Numbered from the stretch's first letter, positions 45,260-55,713 are shown. The stretch is DNA of 64,000 bases from Dehalococcoidia bacterium (GCA_965248605.1 CBDFJV010000006.1:9513-73512), one strand, 5' to 3'. Made by a program: numbers and translations. The notes: generated from the letters alone by a model not told the origin.

Positions 45260-47353
45260 ATGGTGTACTGCTACACTCGCTCGTACGTACCGCGCGCTTC
45301 TGCAGACCGGGGACCCTGCTATCAAAAGCATGTCGGGCCGCCTCGCCGTTTGAGGAACTTCAAGGACAACCTTCTCGTCCAGTTCTCCGTGGTCACATTC
45401 GTGATCATGGTGATTCTCGCGATGATCGTAGCCTTCGTCCTCATCGCGGCCTTGAACCGGAACATCGAGCTGACTCGGGATTACCTATTAGCGCTCGAAT
45501 CCGGCGAAGCCATAGGCCCCGACGACCCGGTCTCTCTTGAGGCCCTCACCAACCAGGTAGACAACCTCAAATGGGTCACCCTAGCGGCGATCGGTGGGAG
45601 CTTCATCTACCTTTACGCTACCCTCGTGTACCTGGTGTGGGAGGGTTGGAAGACAATCGTCAGGCAGCGGGTAGAGCTCGAGACCGCCAACGCGGAGCTC
45701 GAAGACCGGGTCGCCGAACGCGTCGAGCAACTACGAGAAGCGATGGGAGAGGGCCAGAGGCGGCTAGACGCGTTTCGGACTGCCGCGGGCCGGCTTGGCC
45801 TCGAGGAGGTGCCGGAGAACGCCCTCCAGGACCTGGTCGACGTATCGCGCGAGCTAATAGGCGCCAGGTTCGGCGTCCTCTCTCTACTCGACTCCCGTGG
45901 GGCAACCGGAAAGTTCATCACCTCCGGTTTCGCGCCCGAAAAGCCCGGTCGTATTGTTGCACCTGCCAGAAGTCTTACGGAACTGGGGTTGACGAAGAAA
46001 GGGAAAGACAGGATCGTCGTTGCAGACCCCGAGCTGCTAAGGAAAGCCCACGGGCTTCAGGAAGGGGCCCTTACTGCCGATGGTCTGATCGGTGTTCCGG
46101 TGGTGCTGACCGGCGGAGCGTCGGGTGCGTTCTACCTGATGGAGAAAACGGGCGGAGCAAGCTTCTCGATCGATGACGAAGAGCTCCTGAACCTCTTCGC
46201 CGTCCTTGCCGGCGTCCATCTTGAAAACCTCAACCTGTACGAGGAGGTCGCCCTCGAACGCAGGACTCTAGCTGCCATCCAGTCGAGTATGACGGAAGGG
46301 CTCGTGGTGGTCGACCCGGCAGGTCAGGTAATGTACTTGAATGGCACGGCGGAGCAGCTGTGGGACCTAAAGCCCGACGACGTGCAGGGTAAGCCGATCA
46401 GCGAAGTCCTCGACGCGAAAGCGTCGGACTTCGACAGCCCGGACGCCTTGGCCGAACTGTTGCAGAGCATTTCAAACGGGACCAGCGATGAGCCCTTGAC
46501 CATCGACGTAAAGATGGAGAAACCCCAAACACGCTACCTCGAGGTCACTTCCTTCCATATACCGGCGGGCTCGGACGAGTCTATGACCGGGCTTTTGGCT
46601 AGGGACGTCACTCAGGAGCGCGAGATGGCTGAGCAGCGCGACTCGTTCGTCTCGATCGCCTCACACGAGCTCCGTACCCCGATGACGACAATAATGGGGT
46701 TCTCAGAGCTTCTTCTGAACAATAGCGACCTGCCTGAGGACTCTCGGCGGGAATGGTTGCAGCGGATTCACCAGAATAGCCAGGTCCTCTCCGCCATAGT
46801 GGACGATATGCTCGACGTTTCCCGGATTCAGACCGGCAGGCTTGGGATCAACTGGGAGGACCTCCGCATTAAAGACATCGTCGACGAGGTGCTGGTCGGC
46901 ATCAAGGCCGAGACCGATGAGCATGAGTTCTCTGTGAACGTGGCGGCTGACCTGCCGACAGTCGCCGCGGACCGGGAAAAGCTTACTCAGATCGTCATCA
47001 ACCTCCTGACCAACGCCGTAAAGTACAGCCCGAAGGGCGGAACGATTACGGTGTCGGCCAACGGGGACGCTGACAATGGACGGGTCGTGGTCGAAGTCGC
47101 CGACCAGGGCATGGGCATAGTACCAGAGAACATAGACCAGCTATTCAACAGCTTCCACCGCATCAGCCGTCCCGAAACCGAAGGAATTCGCGGGACCGGA
47201 CTCGGATTGAGTATAGTAAAGGGCCTGGCGCAATTGATGCGTGGAGACGCCTGGGTCGAGAGCGAACTAAACGTAGGGTCGAGATTCTTCTTTTCGGTCA
47301 ACACACAACAGCCCAATGTTACTGAGGAAGAAGATGCCCTATCTGCGGTCTAG
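45260..47353 (+). CDS. Sensor histidine kinase with GAF-like and PAS domains
   Basis: The HisKA H-box is SHELRTP and the HATPase motifs are DQGMGI and GTGLGLSIV. An N-terminal TM segment is present. The true start may be the TTG at 45350. Confidence 0.85.
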   Translation: MVYCYTRSYVPRASADRGPCYQKHVGPPRRLRNFKDNLLVQFSVVTFVIMVILAMIVAFVLIAALNRNIELTRDYLLALESGEAIGPDDPVSLEALTNQVDNLKWVTLAAIGGSFIYLYATLVYLVWEGWKTIVRQRVELETANAELEDRVAERVEQLREAMGEGQRRLDAFRTAAGRLGLEEVPENALQDLVDVSRELIGARFGVLSLLDSRGATGKFITSGFAPEKPGRIVAPARSLTELGLTKKGKDRIVVADPELLRKAHGLQEGALTADGLIGVPVVLTGGASGAFYLMEKTGGASFSIDDEELLNLFAVLAGVHLENLNLYEEVALERRTLAAIQSSMTEGLVVVDPAGQVMYLNGTAEQLWDLKPDDVQGKPISEVLDAKASDFDSPDALAELLQSISNGTSDEPLTIDVKMEKPQTRYLEVTSFHIPAGSDESMTGLLARDVTQEREMAEQRDSFVSIASHELRTPMTTIMGFSELLLNNSDLPEDSRREWLQRIHQNSQVLSAIVDDMLDVSRIQTGRLGINWEDLRIKDIVDEVLVGIKAETDEHEFSVNVAADLPTVAADREKLTQIVINLLTNAVKYSPKGGTITVSANGDADNGRVVVEVADQGMGIVPENIDQLFNSFHRISRPETEGIRGTGLGLSIVKGLAQLMRGDAWVESELNVGSRFFFSVNTQQPNVTEEEDALSAV

Positions 47354-47362
47354 GAGGCAGAC

Positions 47363-47737
47363 GTGACGAAAAAAGTGCTGCTGGCTGACGACGAGGAAGA
47401 CATCCTGATGCTGGTGTCCGCGACGCTCGGAGGCGACGATAGGTATAGCCTCATCCTGGCCCGGGACGGTGAACAGGCGTTGCAAAAGGCCCGCGAGGAC
47501 CTGCCGGACTTGATTTTCCTTGACGTCATGATGCCGAAGATGGACGGGTTCGAGGTCTGCCGCCAGATCAAGTCCAACAGCGAGACCTCGGGCGTAAAGG
47601 TCGTCATGCTTACGGCAATGGCCCAGGAGTTGGACCGCCAGAAGGCGGAGGACGCCGGCGCCGATTTCTACTTCTCGAAGCCCTTCAGCCCTACCGCTCT
47701 TCTCGCAAAAGTAGACGAGCTTCTGGCGTCGGATTAG
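47363..47737 (+). CDS. Single-domain response regulator (CheY-like receiver)
   Basis: LLADDEEDIL, the phospho-acceptor LIFLDVMMP and the conserved K in SKPF are present. Confidence 0.85.
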   Translation: MTKKVLLADDEEDILMLVSATLGGDDRYSLILARDGEQALQKAREDLPDLIFLDVMMPKMDGFEVCRQIKSNSETSGVKVVMLTAMAQELDRQKAEDAGADFYFSKPFSPTALLAKVDELLASD

Positions 47738-47744
47738 TTCGGCC

Positions 47745-48101
47745 ATGCAGGCGGACGACACCACACGTCAGACGTTCGGGAAGCTCAGTAGAGATCAACT
47801 CGAGATCTACGCGAAAGAGCTTCGGGAGCACATCGAGACCGAACGCGGGCTGCGGCAGGAGCTGGAAGGCCGCAATCAGCTGCTCGAGCAACGGGTCCGC
47901 GAAATCACCGCGCTCAACCAGATGTTCCACAAGCACCTCGACGAGCGAACGGCCGTGGTCATGGCCTACCGGGAGATCCTTGACGGCCTGGGCCAGCTGG
48001 CAAACCAGTTCAGCGACCTCGCGGAACGCGCACGGGCTCAGCCTATCCCAGACCTCGACGAGCTTCCTACGCTGGCCGAGGAAGATACGTCCTCGACCTA
48101 G
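47745..48101 (+). CDS. Hypothetical coiled-coil protein
   Basis: A 118-aa ORF 8 nt after the receiver gene, rich in heptad-like E/R/L. No family recognised. Confidence 0.45.
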   Translation: MQADDTTRQTFGKLSRDQLEIYAKELREHIETERGLRQELEGRNQLLEQRVREITALNQMFHKHLDERTAVVMAYREILDGLGQLANQFSDLAERARAQPIPDLDELPTLAEEDTSST

Positions 48102-48156
48102 CCTCTCATCTCGGCTCCTAGGCCAAATCACTCGGCTCGCGATTAAGGGTGCTCAG

Positions 48157-48957
48157 ATGCCGGGACCGCCACAGATCGCGGTGCGTAGACTTTCCCACTC
48201 GTACGCGATAAAGGGAGCGCCGCTTGCCGTACTGTCCGACCTCAGCCTCGAGGTCCGCACGGGGGAGTTCGTTTCGCTTATAGGACCCAGCGGAGCGGGC
48301 AAGTCGACGCTACTTAAGGCCATCGGAGGGCTGCTCGAACCGACCGAAGGCACGGTGACTATCGACGGAGCGCCTCCTGAAGAGGCCCAACGCCGCAAGG
48401 ACATCGGGTTCGTTTTCCAGGACCCGTCTCTGCTGCCGTGGCGTACCGTTACTCAGAACATCGCTCTGCCTCTGCGTCTCAACGGGCATCGTGCCGGAGC
48501 CGCGGACGGCAGCCCCGAAAAGCTAACCGATATGGTCGGTCTCTCTGAGTTCCACGACTACTACCCCCACGAGCTATCCGGAGGAATGCTACAGCGCGTG
48601 GCCCTCGCCAGAGCGATGGTGTTGGACCCGGCCGTGCTGTTGATGGACGAACCGCTGGGTTCGCTCGACCAGATCACTCGCGACGCCATGCGCTACGAGG
48701 TTACGCGCCTGTGGGAACGGACCGAGAGCACGGTCGTCATGGTTACTCACAGCATTCCGGAGGCGGTCGCCATGTCCGACCGTGTGTTGGTTATGTCGGA
48801 GCGCCCGGGTAGTATCCAAGCCGAGGTAGAGGTCGATCTTCCTCGTCCGCGGGAGAAGTCCGCGGAGCGCTCACAGAGCTTTCTCGAGTACGTATTCCAG
48901 ATTGAGGAGATGCTTCAGATTGGAGTCCCAGGCCGAGATTCAGCCGTCCGAGTCTAA
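48157..48957 (+). CDS. ABC transporter ATP-binding protein (NitT/TauT family)
   Basis: Walker A GPSGAGKST, signature LSGGMLQR and Walker B LLMDEP are present. The ATG is at 48157. Confidence 0.9.
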   Translation: MPGPPQIAVRRLSHSYAIKGAPLAVLSDLSLEVRTGEFVSLIGPSGAGKSTLLKAIGGLLEPTEGTVTIDGAPPEEAQRRKDIGFVFQDPSLLPWRTVTQNIALPLRLNGHRAGAADGSPEKLTDMVGLSEFHDYYPHELSGGMLQRVALARAMVLDPAVLLMDEPLGSLDQITRDAMRYEVTRLWERTESTVVMVTHSIPEAVAMSDRVLVMSERPGSIQAEVEVDLPRPREKSAERSQSFLEYVFQIEEMLQIGVPGRDSAVRV

Positions 48958-49777
48958 GCTGTCCATCCAACACACCGGCGAGACGTCCACTTCGCGGGCT
49001 GTGTATACGTCTCTGCGAGGCAAATTCATCACTATGTGGCCGCCTGTAGTCGCGATCGCGGCGCTCGTGGTCGCGTGGGAGCTCTGGACGCGCGTGGCCG
49101 ACGTGCCGGAGTACATCGTACCCGCTCCCACGGTCGTGGCCGCGCAGCTGATCGACGAGTTCGGCTACTTTGCCAAACACGGACTGGTGACGCTGGTCGA
49201 AGCTCTTGTAGGGTTCGCGTTGGGGTCCACTGTGGCTATCAGCGCAGCCACGGCCATGGCCCACTCCCGGTTCCTGGACAGAACCCTCTACCCGCTCGCA
49301 GTACTCGTCAAGGTGACACCCATCGTCGCAATCGCCCCCCTGTTCGTCATATGGTTCGGTTTCGGCTCGATGCCGAAGGTGTTCATCGCCGCTCTCATCA
49401 CCTTCTTTCCAGTGATGGTGAACGCCTTGACGGGTTTCCGATCGGTCAATCCCGGCACCTTGGACTTCTTCCGGTCCGTCCACGCCTCCAGAGTCGACAT
49501 CTTCTTGAGGCTGCGAGCACCCAGCTCCTTGCCCTACCTGTTCGCAGCCTTCCGAGTCGCCATACCGTTGTCGGTTATCGGTGCCGTCGTCGGGGAGTGG
49601 TTCACGGGAGACAGGGGCCTCGGGAGTGTCATCATCGTTGCCCACAACAACCTCGACATGCCGACGCTCTTCTCGGCGGTCCTGGTGTTGGCCTTCATCG
49701 GCGTCGCTCTGACGCTGTTGACCGCGTACGTCGAAAGACGGGCCCTCTTCTGGCACGAATCGGTCATTGCCTCATAG
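48902..49777 (+). CDS. ABC transporter permease (NitT/TauT family)
   Basis: Multiple TM segments and a BPD-type EAA-like region. The start is uncertain; the ATG at 49034 is an alternative. Confidence 0.8.
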   Translation: MRRCFRLESQAEIQPSESKLSIQHTGETSTSRAVYTSLRGKFITMWPPVVAIAALVVAWELWTRVADVPEYIVPAPTVVAAQLIDEFGYFAKHGLVTLVEALVGFALGSTVAISAATAMAHSRFLDRTLYPLAVLVKVTPIVAIAPLFVIWFGFGSMPKVFIAALITFFPVMVNALTGFRSVNPGTLDFFRSVHASRVDIFLRLRAPSSLPYLFAAFRVAIPLSVIGAVVGEWFTGDRGLGSVIIVAHNNLDMPTLFSAVLVLAFIGVALTLLTAYVERRALFWHESVIAS

Positions 49778-49949
49778 CATGCCGGTTGGCAGGGCCGGAC
49801 GGGCTCTGTTTACCGTTCGTCTTGAGCCCAGTCAAACGGCTCAGTATGACCCTAGGTCCGTACCATCCGTTCGTCCTGAGCCTGTCGAAGGACAAAGTGG
49901 GCCACGAGACGCTTCTCCCGCAAGGCTGCGTGGACCGTCGCGGCTCTCG

Positions 49950-51002
49950 GTGGTAGCCGCCTCCACGCTGCTCCTGGTGGCGAGCGCTCTGTTCGTGCTC
50001 GCGGCTGTCGGCTGTGAGGTCTCATCCAAGGTCGAAGGACCACCGGCTGACATGCGCACTCCCAAGCCCCTCGACAAGGTCGTATTCATGGCGGGGTTCA
50101 AGCCCCAGGCTAATCTCCCGTTCGTCGCGGCGTACGTCGCTCAGGAGAAGGGGTTCTTCCGGCAACAAGGTCTCAAAGTCGACATCCGGCACGCGTCCAG
50201 CGGCGAGCACCTGAAGTTGCTCGTGGCCGGTGACGTTCACTTCACCACGGCGGCCGCCACGTCGGTGCTGAAACGGCGGGCCGATCCGGAGTTGCCTATC
50301 GTCGCCATCGCGCTCTTCGGCCAACGCGGACAGCAAGGGTATGTGGCGCTAAAGGACTCCGGCATCGAGACCCTGGCCGACTGGGAGGGCAGGACCTTCG
50401 GCTACAAGGTCTCCGTCCCTCCGGACTATCTCGCCATGTTGAACGCGGCGGGAGTCGACCGCGACAAGATCACCGAAGTGCGTGTTGGGTTCGATCCTCG
50501 GGTTTTCACCGACGGGGACGTGGACATACTGGCCGTATTCAAGTCCAACGAGCCCGACACCATTCGGAACCTGGGCTTCGACGTCAACCTCTGGGACCCC
50601 GACGACTTCGGCGTACCTAACCTCGGGCTGACATACATTGCTCTCGAGTCGCTGGTCGACGAGAACCCGGCCATCGTCGAGGGATTCCTGAAAGCGACGC
50701 TAAGGGGGCTCAAGTACACTGTCGACAATCAGGAAGAGGCCGTCGACATCGTCCTGAAATTCGCGCCGGGCGAAAAACGCGAGCACCAGCGCTTCATGCT
50801 GAACGATGAGCTCCGAGACGCCACCAGCGCACTAACAGACGAACACGGCCTCGGGTGGATGACCGACGAACAATGGAGGGCCTTGTACGAGCACCTGATC
50901 GAGTTCGACGCGCTCCCGGTTGAGTTCGACTACCGGACCGCGTTCACCGACCGCTTCCTACGCGCCGCCTACGACAAATCTGGCACGTTGCGCTGGCCTT
51001 AG
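49950..51002 (+). CDS. ABC transporter substrate-binding lipoprotein (NMT1/THI5-like)
   Basis: The lipobox is LAAVGC, followed by an NMT1-like fold (GFKPQANLPFVAAYVAQEKGFF). The start is uncertain: GTG at 49950, whereas the longest ORF from 49767 reads through hairpin repeats. Confidence 0.75.
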   Translation: MVAASTLLLVASALFVLAAVGCEVSSKVEGPPADMRTPKPLDKVVFMAGFKPQANLPFVAAYVAQEKGFFRQQGLKVDIRHASSGEHLKLLVAGDVHFTTAAATSVLKRRADPELPIVAIALFGQRGQQGYVALKDSGIETLADWEGRTFGYKVSVPPDYLAMLNAAGVDRDKITEVRVGFDPRVFTDGDVDILAVFKSNEPDTIRNLGFDVNLWDPDDFGVPNLGLTYIALESLVDENPAIVEGFLKATLRGLKYTVDNQEEAVDIVLKFAPGEKREHQRFMLNDELRDATSALTDEHGLGWMTDEQWRALYEHLIEFDALPVEFDYRTAFTDRFLRAAYDKSGTLRWP

Positions 51003-51020
51003 AATCCGCTCAGTGAGGCG

Positions 51021-51070
51021 CTAATACGTCGCGCGGCCGCCGCTCATGTCGAAGGCCGCGCCGGTGCCGA
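51021..51070 (-). pseudogene. Duplicated 3' end of the SDR gene (displaced fragment)
   Basis: It reads GTGAAFDMSGGRATY*, against STGAVFDISGGRATY* at the end of the intact gene. Comparing 50 bp with 51627..51676 gives 6 mismatches. Confidence 0.7.
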
Positions 51071-51106
51071 TCTCGCGCACGGGGATGCTCCGTTCAAGTT
51101 GTGGAC

Positions 51107-51361
51107 CTAGAGGTACACATCGCGGCGATGGCCGACATGGATGACGGTCACCGTTCTAGCAGTGTCATCAATCTGGTAGATAGTTCGGTATTCTCCCGAA
51201 CGGATACGCCACCCTTCGCGGCCCCTGAGTTTCCTACTTCCCCGGGGTCTCGGGTCTTCTCCTAACCGAATGATGGCTGACTTGAGACGACGATAGCTGC
51301 TCGCCTCCAGGCGAGCCAGTTCCCTCTGGGCACGCCGAAGTATGAAGACATCGTAGTTCAT
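51107..51361 (-). CDS. Type II toxin, RelE/ParE family
   Basis: RIRSGEYRTIYQIDDTARTVTVIHVGHRRDVY. It is clearly related to the toxin at 14201..14461. Confidence 0.8.
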   Translation of the reverse strand: MNYDVFILRRAQRELARLEASSYRRLKSAIIRLGEDPRPRGSRKLRGREGWRIRSGEYRTIYQIDDTARTVTVIHVGHRRDVYL

Positions 51362-51564
51362 CCACGCTCTTGCTCAATCTCACGTACGGCCTGATCAAAA
51401 GGGATCACTTCGTCGCTAGAGGACGTCGCGGCGTCGTAAGCCCGGATGGATTCCAGCTCCTCAAGTTGTTCCATCAGCTTCTCGTACTCATCGATCTCTA
51501 GAATGACCCCAACCCGAGTACCTTTTTCGTCGACGACGTATTGTTGATGGACTGCTGTCGCCAT
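51358..51564 (-). CDS. Type II antitoxin (Phd/YefM- or RelB-like)
   Basis: MATAVHQQYVVDEKGTRVGVILEIDEYEKLMEQLEELE. The ATG at 51564 follows AGGAGG. It overlaps the toxin start by 4 nt. Confidence 0.7.
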   Translation of the reverse strand: MATAVHQQYVVDEKGTRVGVILEIDEYEKLMEQLEELESIRAYDAATSSSDEVIPFDQAVREIEQERG

Positions 51565-51626
51565 GGTTCCTCCTGCTTCTGGCTCCAAGCTACGTTGTCA
51601 TTTTAGCCCGATTGTGGCCCCTCGCG

Positions 51627-52388
51627 CTAATACGTCGCTCGGCCGCCACTGATGTCGAATACCGCGCCGGTGCTGAATGAGCACTCGGCGGACGCCAGCC
51701 ACGCGACCAGCGCGGCTATCTCTTCGATCTCGCCGGTCCGGCCGACAGGAATCCGCTCGACCATGTACTGCACCTGCTCGGGCGTCAGTTGGTCGAGGAT
51801 TCGGGTCTGGACCACAGCAGGGGTAACGCAGTTGACCCTAACGCCGGTCTTGGCCAACTCCTTTCCGACCGACTTGGTCAACCCGATCACCGCCGCCTTC
51901 GTCGCCGAATAGGGCACCATCCTCGGGTTGCCCTCTTTCCCTGCGATCGACGCGATGTTTACTATCCGGCCGTAGTCCCGCTCGACCATGTGCGGGATAA
52001 CGTGGTGACAGAACGAGTAAACACCGCGCAGGTTCGTACGGTACACCCGGTCCATCTCCTCAACGGGCAACTCCCAGATGTTGGCCGTATCTCCGGCGAT
52101 GCCGGCGTTATTAACGAGGATGTCGATCCGTCCCCAGGTCTCGATCGCCTGCGCTACCGCTCTTTTCGCCGTCTCATCATCGCCGACGTCCCCGACCTCG
52201 AGGCGCGCGTCGACGCCTTGGGACGCGAGCTCGGCGGCGGCTTGCTCGCCGAGGTCACCGTCGTAGTCAGCGACTACGACCCGGGCACCCTCACGCCCCA
52301 GTCTCGTGGCGACGCCAAGCCCGATGCCGGTGCCAGCTCCGGTTACGATAGCTACTTGGTCCTCGAATCGGCTCACACGACTCTCCAT
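51627..52388 (-). CDS. SDR-family oxidoreductase (FabG-like)
   Basis: TGAGTGIG (cofactor), NNAG and the catalytic YSATK are present. Confidence 0.9.
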   Translation of the reverse strand: MESRVSRFEDQVAIVTGAGTGIGLGVATRLGREGARVVVADYDGDLGEQAAAELASQGVDARLEVGDVGDDETAKRAVAQAIETWGRIDILVNNAGIAGDTANIWELPVEEMDRVYRTNLRGVYSFCHHVIPHMVERDYGRIVNIASIAGKEGNPRMVPYSATKAAVIGLTKSVGKELAKTGVRVNCVTPAVVQTRILDQLTPEQVQYMVERIPVGRTGEIEEIAALVAWLASAECSFSTGAVFDISGGRATY

Positions 52389-52423
52389 CTTCGGCGTAGT
52401 ACACCGGCCCTAAGAGCGCGCAG

Positions 52424-53620
52424 CTAGTCCTCAGAAAGCGCCCTGCTCGCGGCGGCAACACCCGCTCCCACGCCCACCTCGAAGCTTTGGCTAGGCAGTA
52501 TCTCCTCCAGTGCGGAGAGCAGTGCCAGCACGTCTTCGGATTTGCTCGAGTCGCCCATAAGACCGATGCGCCACACTCGCCCGGCGAACTCGCCGAGGCC
52601 TCGCCCGATCTCGATGTGGTGCTCTCGCAAAAGTTTCTGTCGCACAGAGGCGTCGTCGACCCCGTCCGGGATCCACACGGGGGTGATCTGCGCGAGACGA
52701 TAGTCTTCCGGCGCGACCAGGTCGAGCCCCAGCGCCTCCAGGCCGGCGCGAAGGGCAGCCGCGTTCCTCTCGTGCCGCTCGTATCTTGCCTCCAACCCTT
52801 CTTCGAGGATCATTCTGAGCCCTTCTCGAAGGCCCAGCAGCGCGCTGACCGGCGCTGTGTGGTGGTATACGTGGTCGAAGCCCCAGTAGTTGGAGATGAG
52901 TCCAAGGTCGAGGTACCACGAAGAGGGCTTGTGCTCTCTCGTCTTCACAATGTCGTGGCCCCTGGGGCTGAGAGCTGCGGGAGATAGGCCTGGAGGGCAC
53001 CCCAGACACTTCTGAGTGGCCGAGTAGCAGTAGTCGATACCCAACCGGTCTACGGTTACCTCGGAGCCACCCAGAGACGTGACCGCGTCCACCATGAACA
53101 ACGCTCCATGCTCTTCCGCAAGCGTGGACAGCCCCTCCAGCGGCTGCAGAATCCCGGTCGACGTTTCGGCGTGGACGGCTGCCACCAATTTGACCTTGGC
53201 GTGTTTCTTCAGCTCAGCTTCGAGCATCTCGGCCGGAAACGGCTGGCCCCAGTCGCTTCGCAGAGCGATGACGTCTGCTCCGACTCGACCGGCCATGTCG
53301 ACCATGCGCTCGCCGAAGAAGCCGCATACACAGATCACCACGGTGTCGTCGGGTTCGAGCAAGCTGCTCAACCCCGCCTCCATGCCCGCGGAACCCGTCC
53401 CGGACAGCGCCATCGTGAGGCTCTCTTCGGTCTGAAAGGGCGCCTTGAGGAGTTGCGAAATCTCGTCCATGATCAACAGGAATTCCGGGTCGAGGTAGCC
53501 GATCATCGGCGCCATCATGGCCTGGAGCACACGAGGGTTGGCGCTGCTAGGCCCAGGGCCCAGCAGAATCCGAGGCGGGACTACTGGCATCAGAGATTCC
53601 GGCGCGGTGACCTGGGTCAT
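52424..53620 (-). CDS. Class V aminotransferase (alanine-glyoxylate / serine-pyruvate type)
   Basis: LLGPGPS is near the N-terminus, the PLP lysine context is SATQKCL, and the length is ~400 aa. Confidence 0.8.
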   Translation of the reverse strand: MTQVTAPESLMPVVPPRILLGPGPSSANPRVLQAMMAPMIGYLDPEFLLIMDEISQLLKAPFQTEESLTMALSGTGSAGMEAGLSSLLEPDDTVVICVCGFFGERMVDMAGRVGADVIALRSDWGQPFPAEMLEAELKKHAKVKLVAAVHAETSTGILQPLEGLSTLAEEHGALFMVDAVTSLGGSEVTVDRLGIDYCYSATQKCLGCPPGLSPAALSPRGHDIVKTREHKPSSWYLDLGLISNYWGFDHVYHHTAPVSALLGLREGLRMILEEGLEARYERHERNAAALRAGLEALGLDLVAPEDYRLAQITPVWIPDGVDDASVRQKLLREHHIEIGRGLGEFAGRVWRIGLMGDSSKSEDVLALLSALEEILPSQSFEVGVGAGVAAASRALSED

Positions 53621-53783
53621 TGCTTTCCTGATTTGGGCGAAGCGGAATAGCGAGTATTATATATGAGGGCCCAGACACCAGTTTGGTCGTCCGCAACCAA
53701 TCCGCTGTCCATACGTTATCGTATGTATGGCGAGACGTATTTGACCTATTGTGTTTAGGCCAACTCGGAATAGGAAGAGGTGC

Positions 53784-53996
53784 ATGAATAAACTCCTGGT
53801 TCTGGTCGCGGGCGTCGGTCTGCTTGCGGCCGTGACGGCCTGCGGCGGCGCATCGACCGGCGAAACCGATAGTAAGGGACCTGACGCCGCGTCCCCGGCG
53901 GCTGCGGCTTCGACCGCGGACGCTCCCACCACTCAGACATCGCTGCCAGCGGCACAGGCCAGCCGAGACACCGCTTCCAGCGACGCGACCGCTAAG
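53784..53996 (+). pseudogene. 5' part of the IS-disrupted lipoprotein redoxin gene (signal peptide plus low-complexity linker)
   Basis: MNKLLVLVAGVGLLAAVTACGG is a lipoprotein signal, followed by an A/S/T/P/D-rich linker. The frame is cut by the IS1380 end at 53997. Confidence 0.75.
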
Positions 53997-55713
53997 CCCG
54001 AATCCACCGACGGACAGGGATGGACGACGTGAGGACAGCGGAAGGGGGTGAGGGAGTTACAGGCGTGATGATCCGGGCTCGAATTTGGGTAGACGGGAGG
54101 TTGGCGGGCGGTCTGCAGGCGCTTTTGGGGGCACCGATGGCGGCCTACAGTGGCTGTGGCGAGCCAGATGGCGGGATAGGACACGGCAAGAGGCGCTCGC
54201 GGACTGGGCTGGCGCGAGTTTGCGGGGACGTTGGGTTGGCTGGTGGGTCAGTGGCGGACGGGCTCCGTCAGGCTGGGAGTGGAATGGCTCGCAGTCGGGC
54301 CAGGGCGCGGCTGAACTGCTCCTCCCAGGGCCAGCGCCGGGGAAGCTGCAGGGTCAATCGGCGTGCCGAGCGGGTGATCCGTCCGGCCAAGGCAAAGACC
54401 CGTCGTCTGAGGGTCTTGGTGGTCACGATCTGCTGACCCAGGCCGATGCGGGCTGTCCAGCGGGCCAGGTTGTGCGCCATCACCTGTACCGCCAGCCAGG
54501 CGCCGTTGGCGGCGAAACGGCCCGAGGGGAGATGGTTCAGCCCCACGCCGTACTTGAGGTCGCGTATCGCATTCTCGATCTCGGCGTGACGGCGATGATC
54601 GGCCTCCAGTTCCAGCGTCTCCCCGTCCCGGTCGGTGATGAAGCCGTGATAGCTGTAGGTGGCGAAGAGAGCCAGTTGAGAACAGGGCGCCGGCTTCACC
54701 CGCCGGACGATGAGCCGTACCGGCGCGGCGTCCGCCTCGGCCTGGAACGGGGTGTAGGTGGTCTCGGCCACATCGGCGGCGCCGTCCATCCAGTAAGGAA
54801 TCGGCGTCCAGGCATCTTCGGGTATCGCCTCGATGAGATTCCGCAGGCGGGCGCGCTGGCGGATGGCGATGGAGAAGCGGACATCCATCCGGCGGCAGAC
54901 GCGACCACGGCGTGGGTATAGAAGCCGCTGTCGGCCCGCACCGTGAGTTGGCCCCTGGCTCCGCAGTAGCGCACCCGCCCCACCGTTTCACGCAGGAAGT
55001 GGGCAGCGCCGCGGGCGGTGTTAGCCCGGCCCTCGCGCAGGCGGGCCATCAGCACGTCGCCGGTGCCGGCGGCGACGGCCAGCAGCGGGTGATAGCCCCG
55101 CGCACCGGTGTAGCCGTGGTGGCGGGCGCCCTCCTTGGCCAGTCCGTAGGTCTCGCAGATCGTCGAATCAAGGTCGATGGTGAATGGTGCGTCGCCGGGT
55201 CCGGCACCGGCCTTCCAGACCCGGGCCAGCAACTCGCGGCTCACCCGGTCCAGTTGGCGGACATGGCCCCACCTGAAGCTGCGCAGGAAGGTGCCCAGGG
55301 TGGAGGGAGCCTTAGCCGTGAAACCGAGCACGCGGGCGGTCCCGCCGGCGCGCAGCACATCGGCGTCGTCGATGCAATCTCCGCCGGCTAGGGCGGAGGC
55401 CACCAGGGTCATCATCTTGTCGCCGGTGTTCGCCCGGCCCGGCGCGCCGCCGAGGTCGAGGTGCTTCCGGAGGAGTTGGGGCAGGCCAAGGCGCAGGGCG
55501 AGGGTGGCGGGAAGGATCAGCCCGGCATTGGCCACCAGGCGGTGGTCGTCGAAGGCGATTTGGATGCGGTCGGGGTGGTTACGTGGTAGCATCTATCGGG
55601 TGCTCCTTTTCTGGGACCGGTTTTCTGTTTCAAAACCATTATCCCAGATTCAGAGGCGCACCCTTTTGTTTCTTCAGCAGGCCTCCTACACGCCGTCCTT
55701 CGGTGGATTAGGG
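53997..55713 (-). mobile_element. IS1380-family insertion sequence with a 5-bp target-site duplication
   Basis: The terminal inverted repeats are CCCGAATCCACCGACGGACAG (left) and CCCTAATCCACCGAAGGACGG (right, reverse complement), about 18/21 matching. CTAAG is duplicated at 53992..53996 and 55714..55718. Confidence 0.85.
54268..55592 (-). pseudogene. IS1380-family transposase, single frameshift
   Basis: ORFs 54696..55592 and 54268..54888 together give an IS1380-type protein (..HRRHAEIENAIRDLKYGVGLNHLPSG..). The frames meet at ..THAVVA / VCRRMDVRF.., about nt 54900. Confidence 0.8.

Noticed and set aside
49767-49949. N-terminal 61-aa extension of the substrate-binding protein ORF
   Set aside because: The extension is encoded by two CCGTTCGTC(C/T)TGAGCC..-type hairpin repeats (49813..49839 and 49867..49893). 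It precedes a normal lipoprotein signal peptide, so a later start is more plausible.
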